Below are positions 38,324 through 48,794 of a DNA stretch of 64,000 bases, piece by piece. The stretch comes from Pirellulales bacterium. Lineage in GTDB: Bacteria > Planctomycetota > Planctomycetia > Pirellulales > Lacipirellulaceae. The first letter of the stretch is position 1, and each line of letters begins with the position of its first letter. The stretch covers positions 431,237 to 495,236 of the forward strand of contig CAWJDB010000010.1 of assembly GCA_963841515.1 (NCBI GenBank), in the 5' to 3' direction. A program made the position numbers and the translations under genes. Under the pieces are notes generated by a model. The model saw only the letters and a list, made by a program, of their open reading frames with translations, did no database searches and had not been told where the DNA came from.

Positions 38324-39682
38324 TTACTTCATGAGTCTCTTGCGACAGTTTGCGATTGCTGCCGCGCCTATGAGAACAACAGCCGACGGCGGTTCCGGCA
38401 CGGCGCTTGACGCAGGTTTGGCCCAGAGGCCGAAGCCATAGTTTTGCTGCCAGGCAAGCAGATCGCCTCCCGCGAGATCGACGCCAAATCGATTGTTCCA
38501 GCCATCGACGCCGGTCAGATCATTACCGTCAACGCGGCCGTTATTGTCAAAGTCCCCGGGGATAGGATCGCGCGTTTCCTCGCGAAGTATGTCCAGGTAG
38601 AGATCGCCATAGCCTTCGTAGTATTTGTTTTGGGTGTAGCCGTTTTGAGTCGCGGTATCGTCGGTATTTGTGCGAGCGGCGATGATTGTCGGCTCGATTT
38701 GCGTATCCTCGTGCCATTCGTTGAACGAGTTCACCATGATCAGGTTGTTAAGATCGGCGTCCAGATGAGGCACCGCCGCGCGCTCAAGAATCTCGCGTAG
38801 CGTCGACCCCTGCGCATCAGGTCCGTAACCAGGCCCCTCAATGTATCGAGGCGAAGCGGTGTTGCCCAAACGCACGGCCCGGTCGTTGTAGCCGGCCGAC
38901 ACGCCAGGGATAAAGTCCACTCCCAGGGCGTCGGCCTGGTCCTGCGCGGCATCATAAATATCCTCGAGCTTGTTCACCTGGGCGATGCTCGTTGGTTTTC
39001 CGTTGAACACCTGTCCGTAAACATCGAACGTGGTCACCGCGTCGAGGTACTGGGCGCCGGGGGCCATGGTATTGAAGAAGTGGTCGCCAATGATGTAGGG
39101 GTCGTAGCCGTAGTTCGTCTGCATCATCGACCGCACATTCTCCAGCGCCGTCCAGCCCGCTTGGGTCTTGAAGTACTCGCGGCTCAGGTACATGACGACG
39201 ACCGGTCGCCCGTCGATCCGCATGTAGTTGGGATTATTGAAGATATTCGCGCCGAGATATTGGAAGTCCGACATCAGGTTGGCATAGTTCGGCGCGGCGA
39301 ACGACCCCAACCGGCCCGCCGACTCATAGTGTACCGTGTACGTCAGCTCTGCTGCCCGGGGGTTCGTCAAGATGTAGTTGCGAATTGTGATGTCTTCGAA
39401 TGTATTTGGCCCCCACCAACTCATCGACCACATGGAAATGTTGCCCTGATGGCTCTGGTCGATGTGCCCCGCGATGACGTTGGGGTCGCGGCTATTGTAA
39501 AGACCCAATGCGGGCAGTTGCTCTTCGGGCGTCAGGTGGGTGCGCAGCGTGTCGTTGTAATGATGGCCGCCCGCCCCCGGTCCGTACCATGGATAGTAAT
39601 AGACGCCGACCGTTGCAGCGCCATGCGCGGTCACTGCGCCGATCGCCCACATCGCCAAAACACAACCTGCGCGCTGCAGCAT
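38324..39682 (-). CDS. GH99-like glycoside hydrolase with dockerin-like motif and PEP-CTERM anchor
   Basis: VGVYYYPWYG N-terminus, SFNEWHEDTQIEP, DFDNNGRVDGNDL, C-terminal VPEPPSAVVLIGAAAIANCRKR. Confidence 0.45.
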   Translation of the reverse strand: MLQRAGCVLAMWAIGAVTAHGAATVGVYYYPWYGPGAGGHHYNDTLRTHLTPEEQLPALGLYNSRDPNVIAGHIDQSHQGNISMWSMSWWGPNTFEDITIRNYILTNPRAAELTYTVHYESAGRLGSFAAPNYANLMSDFQYLGANIFNNPNYMRIDGRPVVVMYLSREYFKTQAGWTALENVRSMMQTNYGYDPYIIGDHFFNTMAPGAQYLDAVTTFDVYGQVFNGKPTSIAQVNKLEDIYDAAQDQADALGVDFIPGVSAGYNDRAVRLGNTASPRYIEGPGYGPDAQGSTLREILERAAVPHLDADLNNLIMVNSFNEWHEDTQIEPTIIAARTNTDDTATQNGYTQNKYYEGYGDLYLDILREETRDPIPGDFDNNGRVDGNDLTGVDGWNNRFGVDLAGGDLLAWQQNYGFGLWAKPASSAVPEPPSAVVLIGAAAIANCRKRLMK

Positions 39683-39843
39683 GACCAGCACCTCTTCGAG
39701 GCTTCCCGGAAGCCTCATTTTAGCCGTCCGTTCCCGGATCCAAGTCGCGTTAGCGTCGCGCAGTGCTTAAAAAACGGCCCGGCGCCGAAATAGGGCGCCG
39801 GGCCGGAGACTGTACGTCACTTCAATCGAACGACGATCCGCTC

Positions 39844-41025
39844 TCAAGCTCTCTTTCGCCGGACGGCCGTTATTCCCACGCCGGCCAACGCCAACAAGGC
39901 CAGCGATCCCGGCTCGGGCACGTTCGAGTGGAAAACCGCGATTTGCCGATTCGGATCGTCCGTTGTCGACGGCGTGGCGATTGTGCTCCACCAGGGCCCC
40001 GTGCCCGGATTGGTCGCTGAGTAAGATGCCCCGTTGATCTTGATCCGCGCAAGGACCGCGGGATTGGTGAAGCCGCCGTCTGGCCCATATTGTCCAAACT
40101 CGAGCGTGTCGAGTCCTTGCTGAAAATTCTGAACCTGGAACCCGCCCGGACCGTTCAGGCCTGCGGCGGCGTCCCAGATCAACGTATTGGCTCCGCTGAC
40201 GGCGCCGAAGTCGATGACCAGGGCCGCGGGCGCATCGCCCATGCCGAAAAACTCGACGAACTGGTCGTACCCGTTCAGGTCGAACTTGTTCACCGTGTTG
40301 CGCGTCCAGATATCGGTTTCGCCGCTAGTGCCCAAGGCGTTGTCGGCCAGCAGCCTGACAATGGCGTTGTCGTAGATATTGAATACGTCCAGCCCCGGGA
40401 GCCATCCGCCGCCGCCGTCCGGCCGAAAGAGCTTGGCGCCGGCGCCGAGTTCGATTACGGGATTATTGTTGATGCCGTGGTTGTTGTTGCCCCAGTAGAA
40501 CTCGTTGTTGATGACAATCTTCGAACCCCCGCCGATGCTCATGAATTCATCGGTCTGCGTCACTCTGCCGTTTAAGGTCGCCGTAGATCCGCCAAAGGCC
40601 TCGACCTTGCGCACCGTAATGTCGCCGTTAAACGTAACGCTGTGAGTGCCGTTGGTCTGGATGTTCTTGGTAGCGACGATGTCGACGTCGATTGTCGACG
40701 ACTGGGCGTCGCCTGCGGAGAAGAATTGGGAATCATCGGTCCCGACCAGGTTGAGCACGCCGCCGTCCCCGGTATCGCCAATATTGTTAGCGAAGAAGAG
40801 GTCTAATTTCCCCCACGTCGCCGATTGTCCGGCGAAGTTCGGGGACTGCGGCGAACTTCCAATTTGCGCCACGTCGCCGGCGCCGGGGGCGACCCCGCCG
40901 TCCCAATTGGCGCCGCTCAGTGGATCGGCGCTCGTTGAGCCGTTCCACATAATTTGCGCCGTCGCATGATTGGCGACGAAGCAAACCGTCGCGCCGAGGA
41001 GCGCCGCCAGGACTTGTCTTTTCAC
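39844..41025 (-). CDS. PEP-CTERM sorting-domain protein
   Basis: GTG start after RBS GGAGGTG, signal peptide, C-terminal VPEPGSLALLALAGVGITAVRRKRA. Paralog of 41196..42716. Confidence 0.6.
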   Translation of the reverse strand: MKRQVLAALLGATVCFVANHATAQIMWNGSTSADPLSGANWDGGVAPGAGDVAQIGSSPQSPNFAGQSATWGKLDLFFANNIGDTGDGGVLNLVGTDDSQFFSAGDAQSSTIDVDIVATKNIQTNGTHSVTFNGDITVRKVEAFGGSTATLNGRVTQTDEFMSIGGGSKIVINNEFYWGNNNHGINNNPVIELGAGAKLFRPDGGGGWLPGLDVFNIYDNAIVRLLADNALGTSGETDIWTRNTVNKFDLNGYDQFVEFFGMGDAPAALVIDFGAVSGANTLIWDAAAGLNGPGGFQVQNFQQGLDTLEFGQYGPDGGFTNPAVLARIKINGASYSATNPGTGPWWSTIATPSTTDDPNRQIAVFHSNVPEPGSLALLALAGVGITAVRRKRA

Positions 41026-41195
41026 GAGTTGCACCTCCACGAATGAGAAAAGGGCTGAAATATCGTTCACGCTGCGTAAGCGGTGTTGCCGTCGCTTTCC
41101 TAAATCGCTGCCGCGGACGACCGTCGCGTCGTTCCCCTCCTGCAACACATCCTTCTAGCCTCTCAACCGGTTCAAATCCCCCATTCCGAAAACGC

Positions 41196-42716
41196 TCAAC
41201 GAGCGCCTCGTCGCCGCAGCGCCAAGCCGGCGCCAGAGACGCTGGCAAGCGCCATCGACAGGGTCGCTGGCTCTGGCACGGCGGCCGCGACCGTGGGCGT
41301 GGTTCCAAATTGCGCTTTGAACACCGCAAGATCGGCGGCGTTTACTGTACCATTTTTGTCGGCGTCGCCGTTGGCGTTGGTCGTCTGCCCCGTTAGTCCG
41401 AAGCCGCGCTGCCAGATCAAGAAATCAGCGCCGGAAACTGCGCCCACGCCGTCGAAATTGGCGTTCGGCGTTGCATTGAAGAATTGCACGGCCCGACTCG
41501 CCGCAGGATCAACCACCGTCCAGTAGGGCGTGGTCGTCGCCGGGTTGAAGGGAGCGAACGAAAGGCCGTCGATTTTGATCTGCGACAAGCGCACCGCCTC
41601 GCCGGTGGGGTCGCCGGTTTCGAACCAAAATCCGTTGCCCGGGGCGCCCAGTTCCAGCGTGTCCGTTCCAATCTGGAAATTGACAATGCCGTACTGGCCG
41701 TTCATTTGATGCGTCGCGTCCCAGTGCAGAGAGTTGGCGCCAGCGGCGGCGCCGTAGTCGAGAACCAGCGTCGCGTCGCCGGCTGTGCCGAGAAACTCGA
41801 CGCTGTCGCTGTGACCGTTCAAATCGAGCTTGTTGGTCAAGATCGAGTTCGCGCCGCGGCTCCAAACGTCGTTCGACCCGCCGAGCTTGTTGTCGCCGAA
41901 CAGCCTGAGGACCGATCCGTTGTAGAGATTGATTTCTCCCCATCCTTCCGTATCAATGTCGGACGATAATGCCGCGTTGGGCCCAAGGTTTACTGTCATT
42001 TGATTGCGAATGCCGAAGCCTGTCCCTCCAGAACCATCTTGAGGAAACAGGGCGACGCCCGCATTGAAGGTGACGATCGGAAGCGTGTCGTTGCCGGTGA
42101 TAAATCGCGCGTCCGGCGCGGGGCCGGCGGTGAGCGTCACATTGCCGTTGAAGACGACTCGCGTGCCGGCGTAGGCTTGCACGGTGAGCGCCTCGACGTC
42201 GCCATTGAAAGTTAAACTGTGGCTGCCATTGGCTTCGATGTATGACTGGGTAACGATATTCGGATTGATCACCGAGGGCACGCTGGGGCCGCCAAAGGCA
42301 TCGCCGCCGTTCGCGTAGACGCCCCATTCATCGATGAACGGATCAAATGGATCGATCTGCCCGCCGTTAAGCGGATCGCCGTTGCCGCTGACGTCCGAGG
42401 GGATCGCAAGCGTGATGGTCCCCGTCCCGTTGACGGTGACGGGACCGTTGTTGTTCAAGTGCATCCGATACCACGTGACGTTATTGGAACCGAGATTGAG
42501 CACCTTGTTGAAATTGCCGCCGCCCGTCAGGAGCGCGCCCGTCGTGGCGTCAGGAACCAGTTGCGGCGACCAACTGGTGGAATCCAGAGCGTCGCTGGAT
42601 AATTCGCCCTCGTGGCCCAGCCAAACGACCTCCGGCGGAGCCTGAGCTTGCGCCGCCGCCACCGCAACTTGCCAAAGGAATCCCGCGACGATCAGACGTC
42701 GGAACGTGCATGACAT
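41196..42716 (-). CDS. PEP-CTERM sorting-domain protein with dockerin-like repeat
   Basis: Signal peptide, GDADKNGTVNAADLAVFKAQFG, C-terminal VPEPATLSMALASVSGAGLALRRRGAR. Confidence 0.6.
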   Translation of the reverse strand: MSCTFRRLIVAGFLWQVAVAAAQAQAPPEVVWLGHEGELSSDALDSTSWSPQLVPDATTGALLTGGGNFNKVLNLGSNNVTWYRMHLNNNGPVTVNGTGTITLAIPSDVSGNGDPLNGGQIDPFDPFIDEWGVYANGGDAFGGPSVPSVINPNIVTQSYIEANGSHSLTFNGDVEALTVQAYAGTRVVFNGNVTLTAGPAPDARFITGNDTLPIVTFNAGVALFPQDGSGGTGFGIRNQMTVNLGPNAALSSDIDTEGWGEINLYNGSVLRLFGDNKLGGSNDVWSRGANSILTNKLDLNGHSDSVEFLGTAGDATLVLDYGAAAGANSLHWDATHQMNGQYGIVNFQIGTDTLELGAPGNGFWFETGDPTGEAVRLSQIKIDGLSFAPFNPATTTPYWTVVDPAASRAVQFFNATPNANFDGVGAVSGADFLIWQRGFGLTGQTTNANGDADKNGTVNAADLAVFKAQFGTTPTVAAAVPEPATLSMALASVSGAGLALRRRGAR

Positions 42717-43410
42717 GGCGCCGCCCTCTGTTTCGGATGATTGCGAGAAGCGGCCACCTGCCGAGACGAATAACCGCGACCGCCTTTACGTGAATCGAAA
42801 TTGCGATGAGTGGATCGACGAGCCGTAGTGAGAGGACGCCGCACGATCCTCCTAACCGCCAAGGTCGACTGTACCAAAAATGGTCTATTCGTCAAGCTTT
42901 CGTACTGAGAATTCGGGAATTCGCACTGTCCCGGCCTCGTTTTCTGCTAATCCGTCGGTCAAATGCCAGCCCACGCCTGGAGCTCGGGTCGCTGCCGTAA
43001 TTGGGATAGGGCGTTCGGCATGCACAAAGGAACCCTCAAAGGAGACTTCTCGCTGATCCCGACAGGTAGTGAATGCAAGTCGCTCAGGGAGATGACTTTA
43101 AGTTGGCTTTCGGCGTTTCCAATGTCGTCGTAACTGATGTGATGCCGTTGGCGGTGGAGTCACGGCTGCGTGGGGAGAAAAATCCCACTGCCAGCTCGCC
43201 ACCGGCTGTCGGCTTCAGCGAGAAGTCTCCTAAAGCCATGGGTATCACTTCAAAAACTCCTGCTCGTCGACTTGCCTCCTCGATCCATCACGAAAGCAAA
43301 CGTCTGGGCGGGTGTGGGTCGATAAAAATTGTCAGTTCGATTTGCCGCCAACCTGAGGGCGGCGCAGAATTGGCTACAGCGGTCGTCGGTGCTTTTCCGG
43401 ATGGGAACGA

Positions 43411-44508
43411 ATGAAACACCTGCAGATCTCCAGCTTGCTTGAGCGTCGCATTCTGAAGGGCGACTACGCCAAGACCGGGCTTCCAGCCGAGCGTGATTTG
43501 GCCGATGAAATCGGCGTTAGTCGCGTAACGCTCCGCAAGGCCCTCGACGACTTAGGACGCAAGGGGCTAGTCGAACGCTCCCCCAATCGGCGACTGGCGC
43601 TAGCCGCCAGGGTCGGATCGGATTCGTTCGGACCCGAAATTGCCTTTCTGACGCCGTCAATCGCGCCCGACTCTTTTTCGCCTGACCTTCAGCAGTGGCT
43701 GGCGATGGCGGAGCACGTCGCCCGACAGCACAAGGCGCGCATCCGTGTGCTCAATTACAAGCATTGGGACGATCCCGTCCTCACCGAATCTCTGCGCACC
43801 TATCCCGGAGTGCTGCTGGTGACGAGCGCCGAGCCGATTCCGCTCTGGACTTCCAAGCTTCTTGCGCAAGCGGACGGGCTGGTCGTGCTCTCCGAAGACC
43901 TGACGCACTTGGGCATACCATCCGTCGTGCTCTTTCCGCCGCGGTGCACCAAAACGATGCTCGACCGATTGGCACAGCTCAGCCATAAGCGCATCGACTG
44001 TCTCAACGTGCAGGGCCATAACTCGATTACCGTGGCGCGCATCGACGCGTGGCGAGGCTGGTCGGCGTCGAAAGGGGGAACCGGCGAGTTATTTGACGAT
44101 CCCTGCCCCGGCGATTTCAGTATTTTTGAATGGGGCGTCCAGAGCGCCAAACGCTGGCTTGAGCAGACTTCGCCCGAAACAACCGCTGTCATGTGCGTTA
44201 CCTTGCCTGGGGCGCTGGGCGCCTTACGAGCGGCCAGGGATAGCGGGCTTGAAGTTGGCAAGGACCTCTCGGTCTGTACGATCGACAGTGAAGGCCTGGG
44301 CAAATATCTTGGCCCCTCGATAACTTCCTTCGAGCGGCCCAATGCGCAACCTTATCTCTCGATTTGCTTCGACTGGATTGTCGGCGGCGGAAAAAAAGAG
44401 AAGTGGGACCGCCCGCTCTTGATTGAACCGCGAAATTTGCGGTTGTTTCAAGGCGACTCCACCGGGCCCGTCGCCAAAAAACGCGCTAAGAGACGCTCGA
44501 CGCGTTAG
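43411..44508 (+). CDS. Transcriptional regulator: GntR-type N-terminal HTH fused to a LacI/periplasmic-binding-protein-like sugar-binding domain
   Basis: LPAERDLADEIGVSRVTLRKALDDL, then a ~300-aa PBP-like region. Confidence 0.55.
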   Translation: MKHLQISSLLERRILKGDYAKTGLPAERDLADEIGVSRVTLRKALDDLGRKGLVERSPNRRLALAARVGSDSFGPEIAFLTPSIAPDSFSPDLQQWLAMAEHVARQHKARIRVLNYKHWDDPVLTESLRTYPGVLLVTSAEPIPLWTSKLLAQADGLVVLSEDLTHLGIPSVVLFPPRCTKTMLDRLAQLSHKRIDCLNVQGHNSITVARIDAWRGWSASKGGTGELFDDPCPGDFSIFEWGVQSAKRWLEQTSPETTAVMCVTLPGALGALRAARDSGLEVGKDLSVCTIDSEGLGKYLGPSITSFERPNAQPYLSICFDWIVGGGKKEKWDRPLLIEPRNLRLFQGDSTGPVAKKRAKRRSTR

Positions 44509-46589
44509 ACGCCGGGGTGATCGCGGCGACGGCGGCGGCGGCGGCCTGCCTGGCGTCCAGGGAAAGACCAACCTCGCCTCTTTGGCTGGCGAAGTGTGCG
44601 CGGGCGTCGGCGACGATGCGATCTGATTCGTTAAGATGACGCAGCCACCCGAAGTACAGCATGCCCAAAGCGCCAGCGACGATCAGCAGACACACGCCGC
44701 TCGTTGTCCAACTGTGAATCACCGTCAGCATTGGCGTCAAGATGATCATCACTTGGAACAGTAACGCCACAGGCAGCGCAGCGATGTCGCGCCGGTGCTC
44801 TGCCGTCACCCGGGCCCGGAGCCACGTAGGCAGCTCTCGCGAATACGGCTTCCATAAGCCGAACGGAAGCGTCGACTGGTAGAAACGGCGCAGCACCGCG
44901 TCGGGCGTGGGCGCCGAGGCCAACGAGCCCGCAATTCCCGCGGCCAGCCCCACGGCGCCCAGCAAAGGCAGCAACCACGATTCTTGCTGCAGGAAGCTCC
45001 AAGTCGCCCCCAGCCACGGCGCCGCGAAGCGGACCAGGACGGCCGCCGCGACCCCCGCGAGGGTTCCGGCGGTATAGCCGACGCCGTTGAAACGACGCCA
45101 ATAAAGCGGCAGGAGTTGCGGCATCATCATGCCGCTGCCCAGTCCCATGATGATCCAGGCCCAAACGTCATTGATGCTTGGCACCGAAAAGGCGAACAAG
45201 AAGCCAGCCGTCACCATGGAGCCGATGAACAGCCAGCTCACGATCATCATCTCCGATACTGTCGCCGCCGAGCGGAAATGTTTCTGATAGATATCGTGGA
45301 CGAAGAACCCCGCCGATTGATTGACCCACGCCCCAAATCCCGCCATGGCGGCCGCGATTAACGACACCACCATCAAGCTGCGAAATCCGGGGGGGATTTT
45401 CAGCAGCAAGACGGCGGGCATGATGCGCTCGGGATTGATGTTGCCGTGGGAGCCCACCAGCAGCAGCTTGGTTTGCCACTGGTCGCCCAATATTTCGCGC
45501 AACTTCGCAGTGAAATCCGACGGGAAGGCTTCCGGGTGATTGGCGATTTTCGAGGTAATCGTCGCCCAATTCTGGTCAGACGCCGAAACGTGCGACTGCA
45601 CGACTTCGCCAGCCTCGCGGACCGCGGCGCCATCAGGGAAAAGCTGGTTCACCACTCCCAAACCCAGCACGGCGATGCCGACCATCATCGGCCAGCGGAA
45701 CGAAATGAGGCAAATCCATAGAAAGGTGAGTTTGCCGCAGTCGGCGTCGCTGCGTGCGGCGAAGTATTTGGGATCATCGCCGGCGCCCATGCCAAACAGG
45801 ATGTTGCGCAGCAGGTAGAGGCAAGCACAAAGCGCCAGCGATCGGTAGGGTTCGTAGCCCGCTGGCATGACGGCGTGGACCGTCGGCGCCGCGGCGGTCC
45901 AAGCGGGATTCATTGTCACCTTCCGCGCCAGATCTGCGAGCGACTCGACGGCCGAGGTTTGGTGCGCCTAAGACAATGATCGTAATCGCGGCCGCAATGA
46001 CGATTCCCATCTGTACCAGGTGGATGATCACGACCCCGTAGAATCCTGAGAACATCGAGTAAACGGTGGCGCTGACTACGAGTACTAGCGCGCAGGTGGC
46101 CGGCGAGAAGGGTACGAAGGTGGACAAGAAGAGCCCGATACCCTTCACCAAATAAGCGATCATCCCAGTGGTCACGACAATGCCCGCGAGGGCGCGCGCC
46201 GCCTGCGCCATTCGGCCAGCCGTGCCGTCGCCAAACCGAAAGATCATCCATTCGGCCCCGGTCAAACAACCGGAGCGGCGATGCCACTTGCCGGCCCATA
46301 GCATGGTGACCGCCAGCACGAGGACCGCTCCCCCGCGGAACTCGATGAAAAGCCCGCGCGGCCCGAGCAAATACAGGAACGACACGATGATCATCGTGCC
46401 GGCCAGGTCCCAGAAGTCCATCACGCCCGAGACGCCGAGCATCCACCAGGGCATCGACCGTCCGCCGATGAGGTATTGCTCCAGACTCGCCGAAGCCCGG
46501 CGCTTAAGATGGAAACCCAAGGTGACGATGACCGCCAGATATAGCGCGATGATCGCGTAGTCGATTCCATTGAGGTAGTTCTCGCCCAC
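44486..46589 (-). pseudogene. Sodium:solute symporter (SSF) family transporter; frameshift near 45930
   Basis: ORFs 45774..46589 (N-terminal TM helices) and 44486..45919 (rest). Multi-TM throughout. Confidence 0.55.
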
Positions 46590-46809
46590 GGCGACGCTTG
46601 CTCCCGGGCATGTGGCGGAACCGCCCAGACGTGGCGGCTCGAGACGGCGGCGATAGTTCGCGGCCGCCAGTCTTTCAGCATGGGGTAGGGACCGAACGAT
46701 GACAACGACCGAAATTAGGAATTGCCCGCTGCGGTTTTCTGGCGCCCTAAATGGTCCAAGTCTGGTACGTTTTGGGGCGTGCCGTGATCACTTCGCCATC
46801 GAGCCAATC

Positions 46810-48027
46810 ATGCATCTGTCCGCCCAAACCTCGCGATCCCGCCGCCGAACGCTGATTTGGCAAGCTGCAGGGGCATGTTGCCTAGCCGCGTGCGCATTGG
46901 TCGTTCGCGCCGGCGCCGAAGGGCGTGCGGCCATCAACTTGGTCAGCGATGGCGTCGTACCGGCGGACGACCCGATCGTCGGCGCTGATTACTATCCCTG
47001 GTACGGCGTCAAGCCGCGCCCAGTTGCCGACGATTGGCGAAATGTCCTGCGGCGTCGGCTCGTTCCGCCGCAAATGCCGGCGGCGGGGCTTTATCGATCG
47101 GATGATCAGGCCGTCGTCAAGAAGCACATCGACCAGAGTCGACGCGGAGGCATTGCTTTCTGGGCCGTAAGTTGGTGGGGTCCTCGCTCCGCGACCGACC
47201 GGGTGTTCCTCAACGCCATTGTTCCGCATCCCGACGCCGCGGACTTCCGATTCGCGGTGCTTTACGAGAGCACGGGCCGCCTTGGCGAGTACAAAAGTCC
47301 AAACTACGACAACTGGACCAGGGATCTGGCGTACCTTGCGGAGAATTATTTTCACCGTCCCAATTACCTGCGCATCAACGGACGGCCGGTCCTATTCGTC
47401 TACCTCACGCGGGTCTACTTCCGTGATCAGGGCGCCGAGGCCCTGAGACTTACGCGGGAGCAATTCAAGGACGTGTATTTGATTGGAGACGATGTCTTCG
47501 GGGCCGGCTATCGCGCGGAGTGGGCGCGACAATTCGACGCTGTAACAGTCTACGACGTGTACGGTCAATCGACGGCGATCCATCGAGCCACTTCCAAAGC
47601 CATCGAGACGCTTGCGGCAAACTACGCCGCCGCGCGCAAGACGGCCAATTCAGCAGGCGCCGCCTTCATTCCTACAATTGCTCCGGGCTACAACGATAGG
47701 GCTGTCCGCTCGGGGCACCACGGCACGGCGCGATATTTCGTCGATCAGCCAGACTCGCAAGAGGGCGACCTTTTTCGCGCTATGATTCGCGACGTGGCGG
47801 TCCCCAACCTCGACGATCGTGCGGGCCGGATGTTGATGGTGACAAGCTTCAATGAGTGGTACGAAGACACCCAAATCGAAGCGACGACCGGCCAGTCGAC
47901 GGCAACATTGACCGACGATTCGGACACCGGCCAAAAGCTAACCGGCGGCGACCGGTATGAAGACTACGGAACCCTGTACTTGGACATCCTTCGCGACGCC
48001 GTCGGCGACGACGGCCGCACGCCGTAG
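46810..48027 (+). CDS. GH99-like glycoside hydrolase (paralog of 38324..39682) with signal peptide
   Basis: GADYYPWYG...SFNEWYEDTQIE, collinear with the other copy. Confidence 0.45.
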   Translation: MHLSAQTSRSRRRTLIWQAAGACCLAACALVVRAGAEGRAAINLVSDGVVPADDPIVGADYYPWYGVKPRPVADDWRNVLRRRLVPPQMPAAGLYRSDDQAVVKKHIDQSRRGGIAFWAVSWWGPRSATDRVFLNAIVPHPDAADFRFAVLYESTGRLGEYKSPNYDNWTRDLAYLAENYFHRPNYLRINGRPVLFVYLTRVYFRDQGAEALRLTREQFKDVYLIGDDVFGAGYRAEWARQFDAVTVYDVYGQSTAIHRATSKAIETLAANYAAARKTANSAGAAFIPTIAPGYNDRAVRSGHHGTARYFVDQPDSQEGDLFRAMIRDVAVPNLDDRAGRMLMVTSFNEWYEDTQIEATTGQSTATLTDDSDTGQKLTGGDRYEDYGTLYLDILRDAVGDDGRTP

Positions 48028-48107
48028 CCGCCGAACGTAGACTGAAGTTCGTTCGAGGAGTTCTGGATGCAAACGTTCAACGATTCCCATTCGACTACTG
48101 CGGACAA

Positions 48108-48341
48108 ATGTCCCCGTGGTGCGAATTTTCCGCCCTCGGCTTCTATCTAACGAATCCTGCCGATGGCACGTACGTCCTGCGTAGTCCGCTCGTGAAGGAA
48201 ACGCCGATAACGCCACCCCGCGGAAAAATGTTTCGCATCGAAGCCATTCATAACTCACCGGACAATAAATTCATCCAATCGGCGGAGTTGAATGGGCGCC
48301 CGTTCAACCGCAAACGGTACATTTCGTGTTTGGTTCGGTGA
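48108..48341 (+). pseudogene. Possible C-terminal gene remnant next to tRNA-Arg (lower GC, protein-like composition)
   Basis: 77-aa ORF ..KMFRIEAIHNSPDNKFIQSAELNGRPFNRK. It lacks the Arg-rich shadow-ORF character. Confidence 0.2.
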
Positions 48342-48409
48342 AAAAACGCCGCACCGCCTAACGTCGGCAGGTGACAGAAACCCTTGTCCGGCGTGGACTT
48401 CGATCTACT

Positions 48410-48484
48410 ACGCGCGGCAGGAGTCGAACCTGCAACCCCGGGCTTCGTAGGCCCGTGCTCTATCCAGTTGAGCTACGCGCGCTC
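48410..48484 (-). tRNA. tRNA-Arg(ACG)
   Basis: GCGCGCG-TA-GCTC-AACTGGATA-GAGC-A-CGGGC-CTACGAA-GCCCG-GGGT-TGCAG-GTTCGAC-TCCTGC-CGCGCG. Confidence 0.8.
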
Positions 48485-48794
48485 ACGCGCCGCGACGGTT
48501 CGCCCTGTGGAGAACGAGGCGGCCTCTTGAATGTATCAATTGGGCGGCTGCGGGTGAAGTGCCGCCAGGCCGCCGCGTGTAGCCAGTCGGGAGGCACGGG
48601 CACGACGGACCCGCGCGGGAAAACCGGCATATTCGGCGTAAGGCGTCGTCATGGGCGCTCGCCGGCGCCCTGATTTCGCTGGCAGGCGCCGCGGCGGCCA
48701 ATCAAGATGAAAGCGCTGACGCCGCGCGCTACTCGTGCGGACGCCCACGGCTGCCGACGTTCCGTCGGCCTCGTCTCTGAGCTGCCGAGCAACT

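Noticed and set aside
31302-48409. Integrase, excisionase or phage structural genes that would prove the island is an ICE or prophage
   Set aside because: None was found in any frame. The island call rests only on the tRNA-Arg direct repeat and cargo content.
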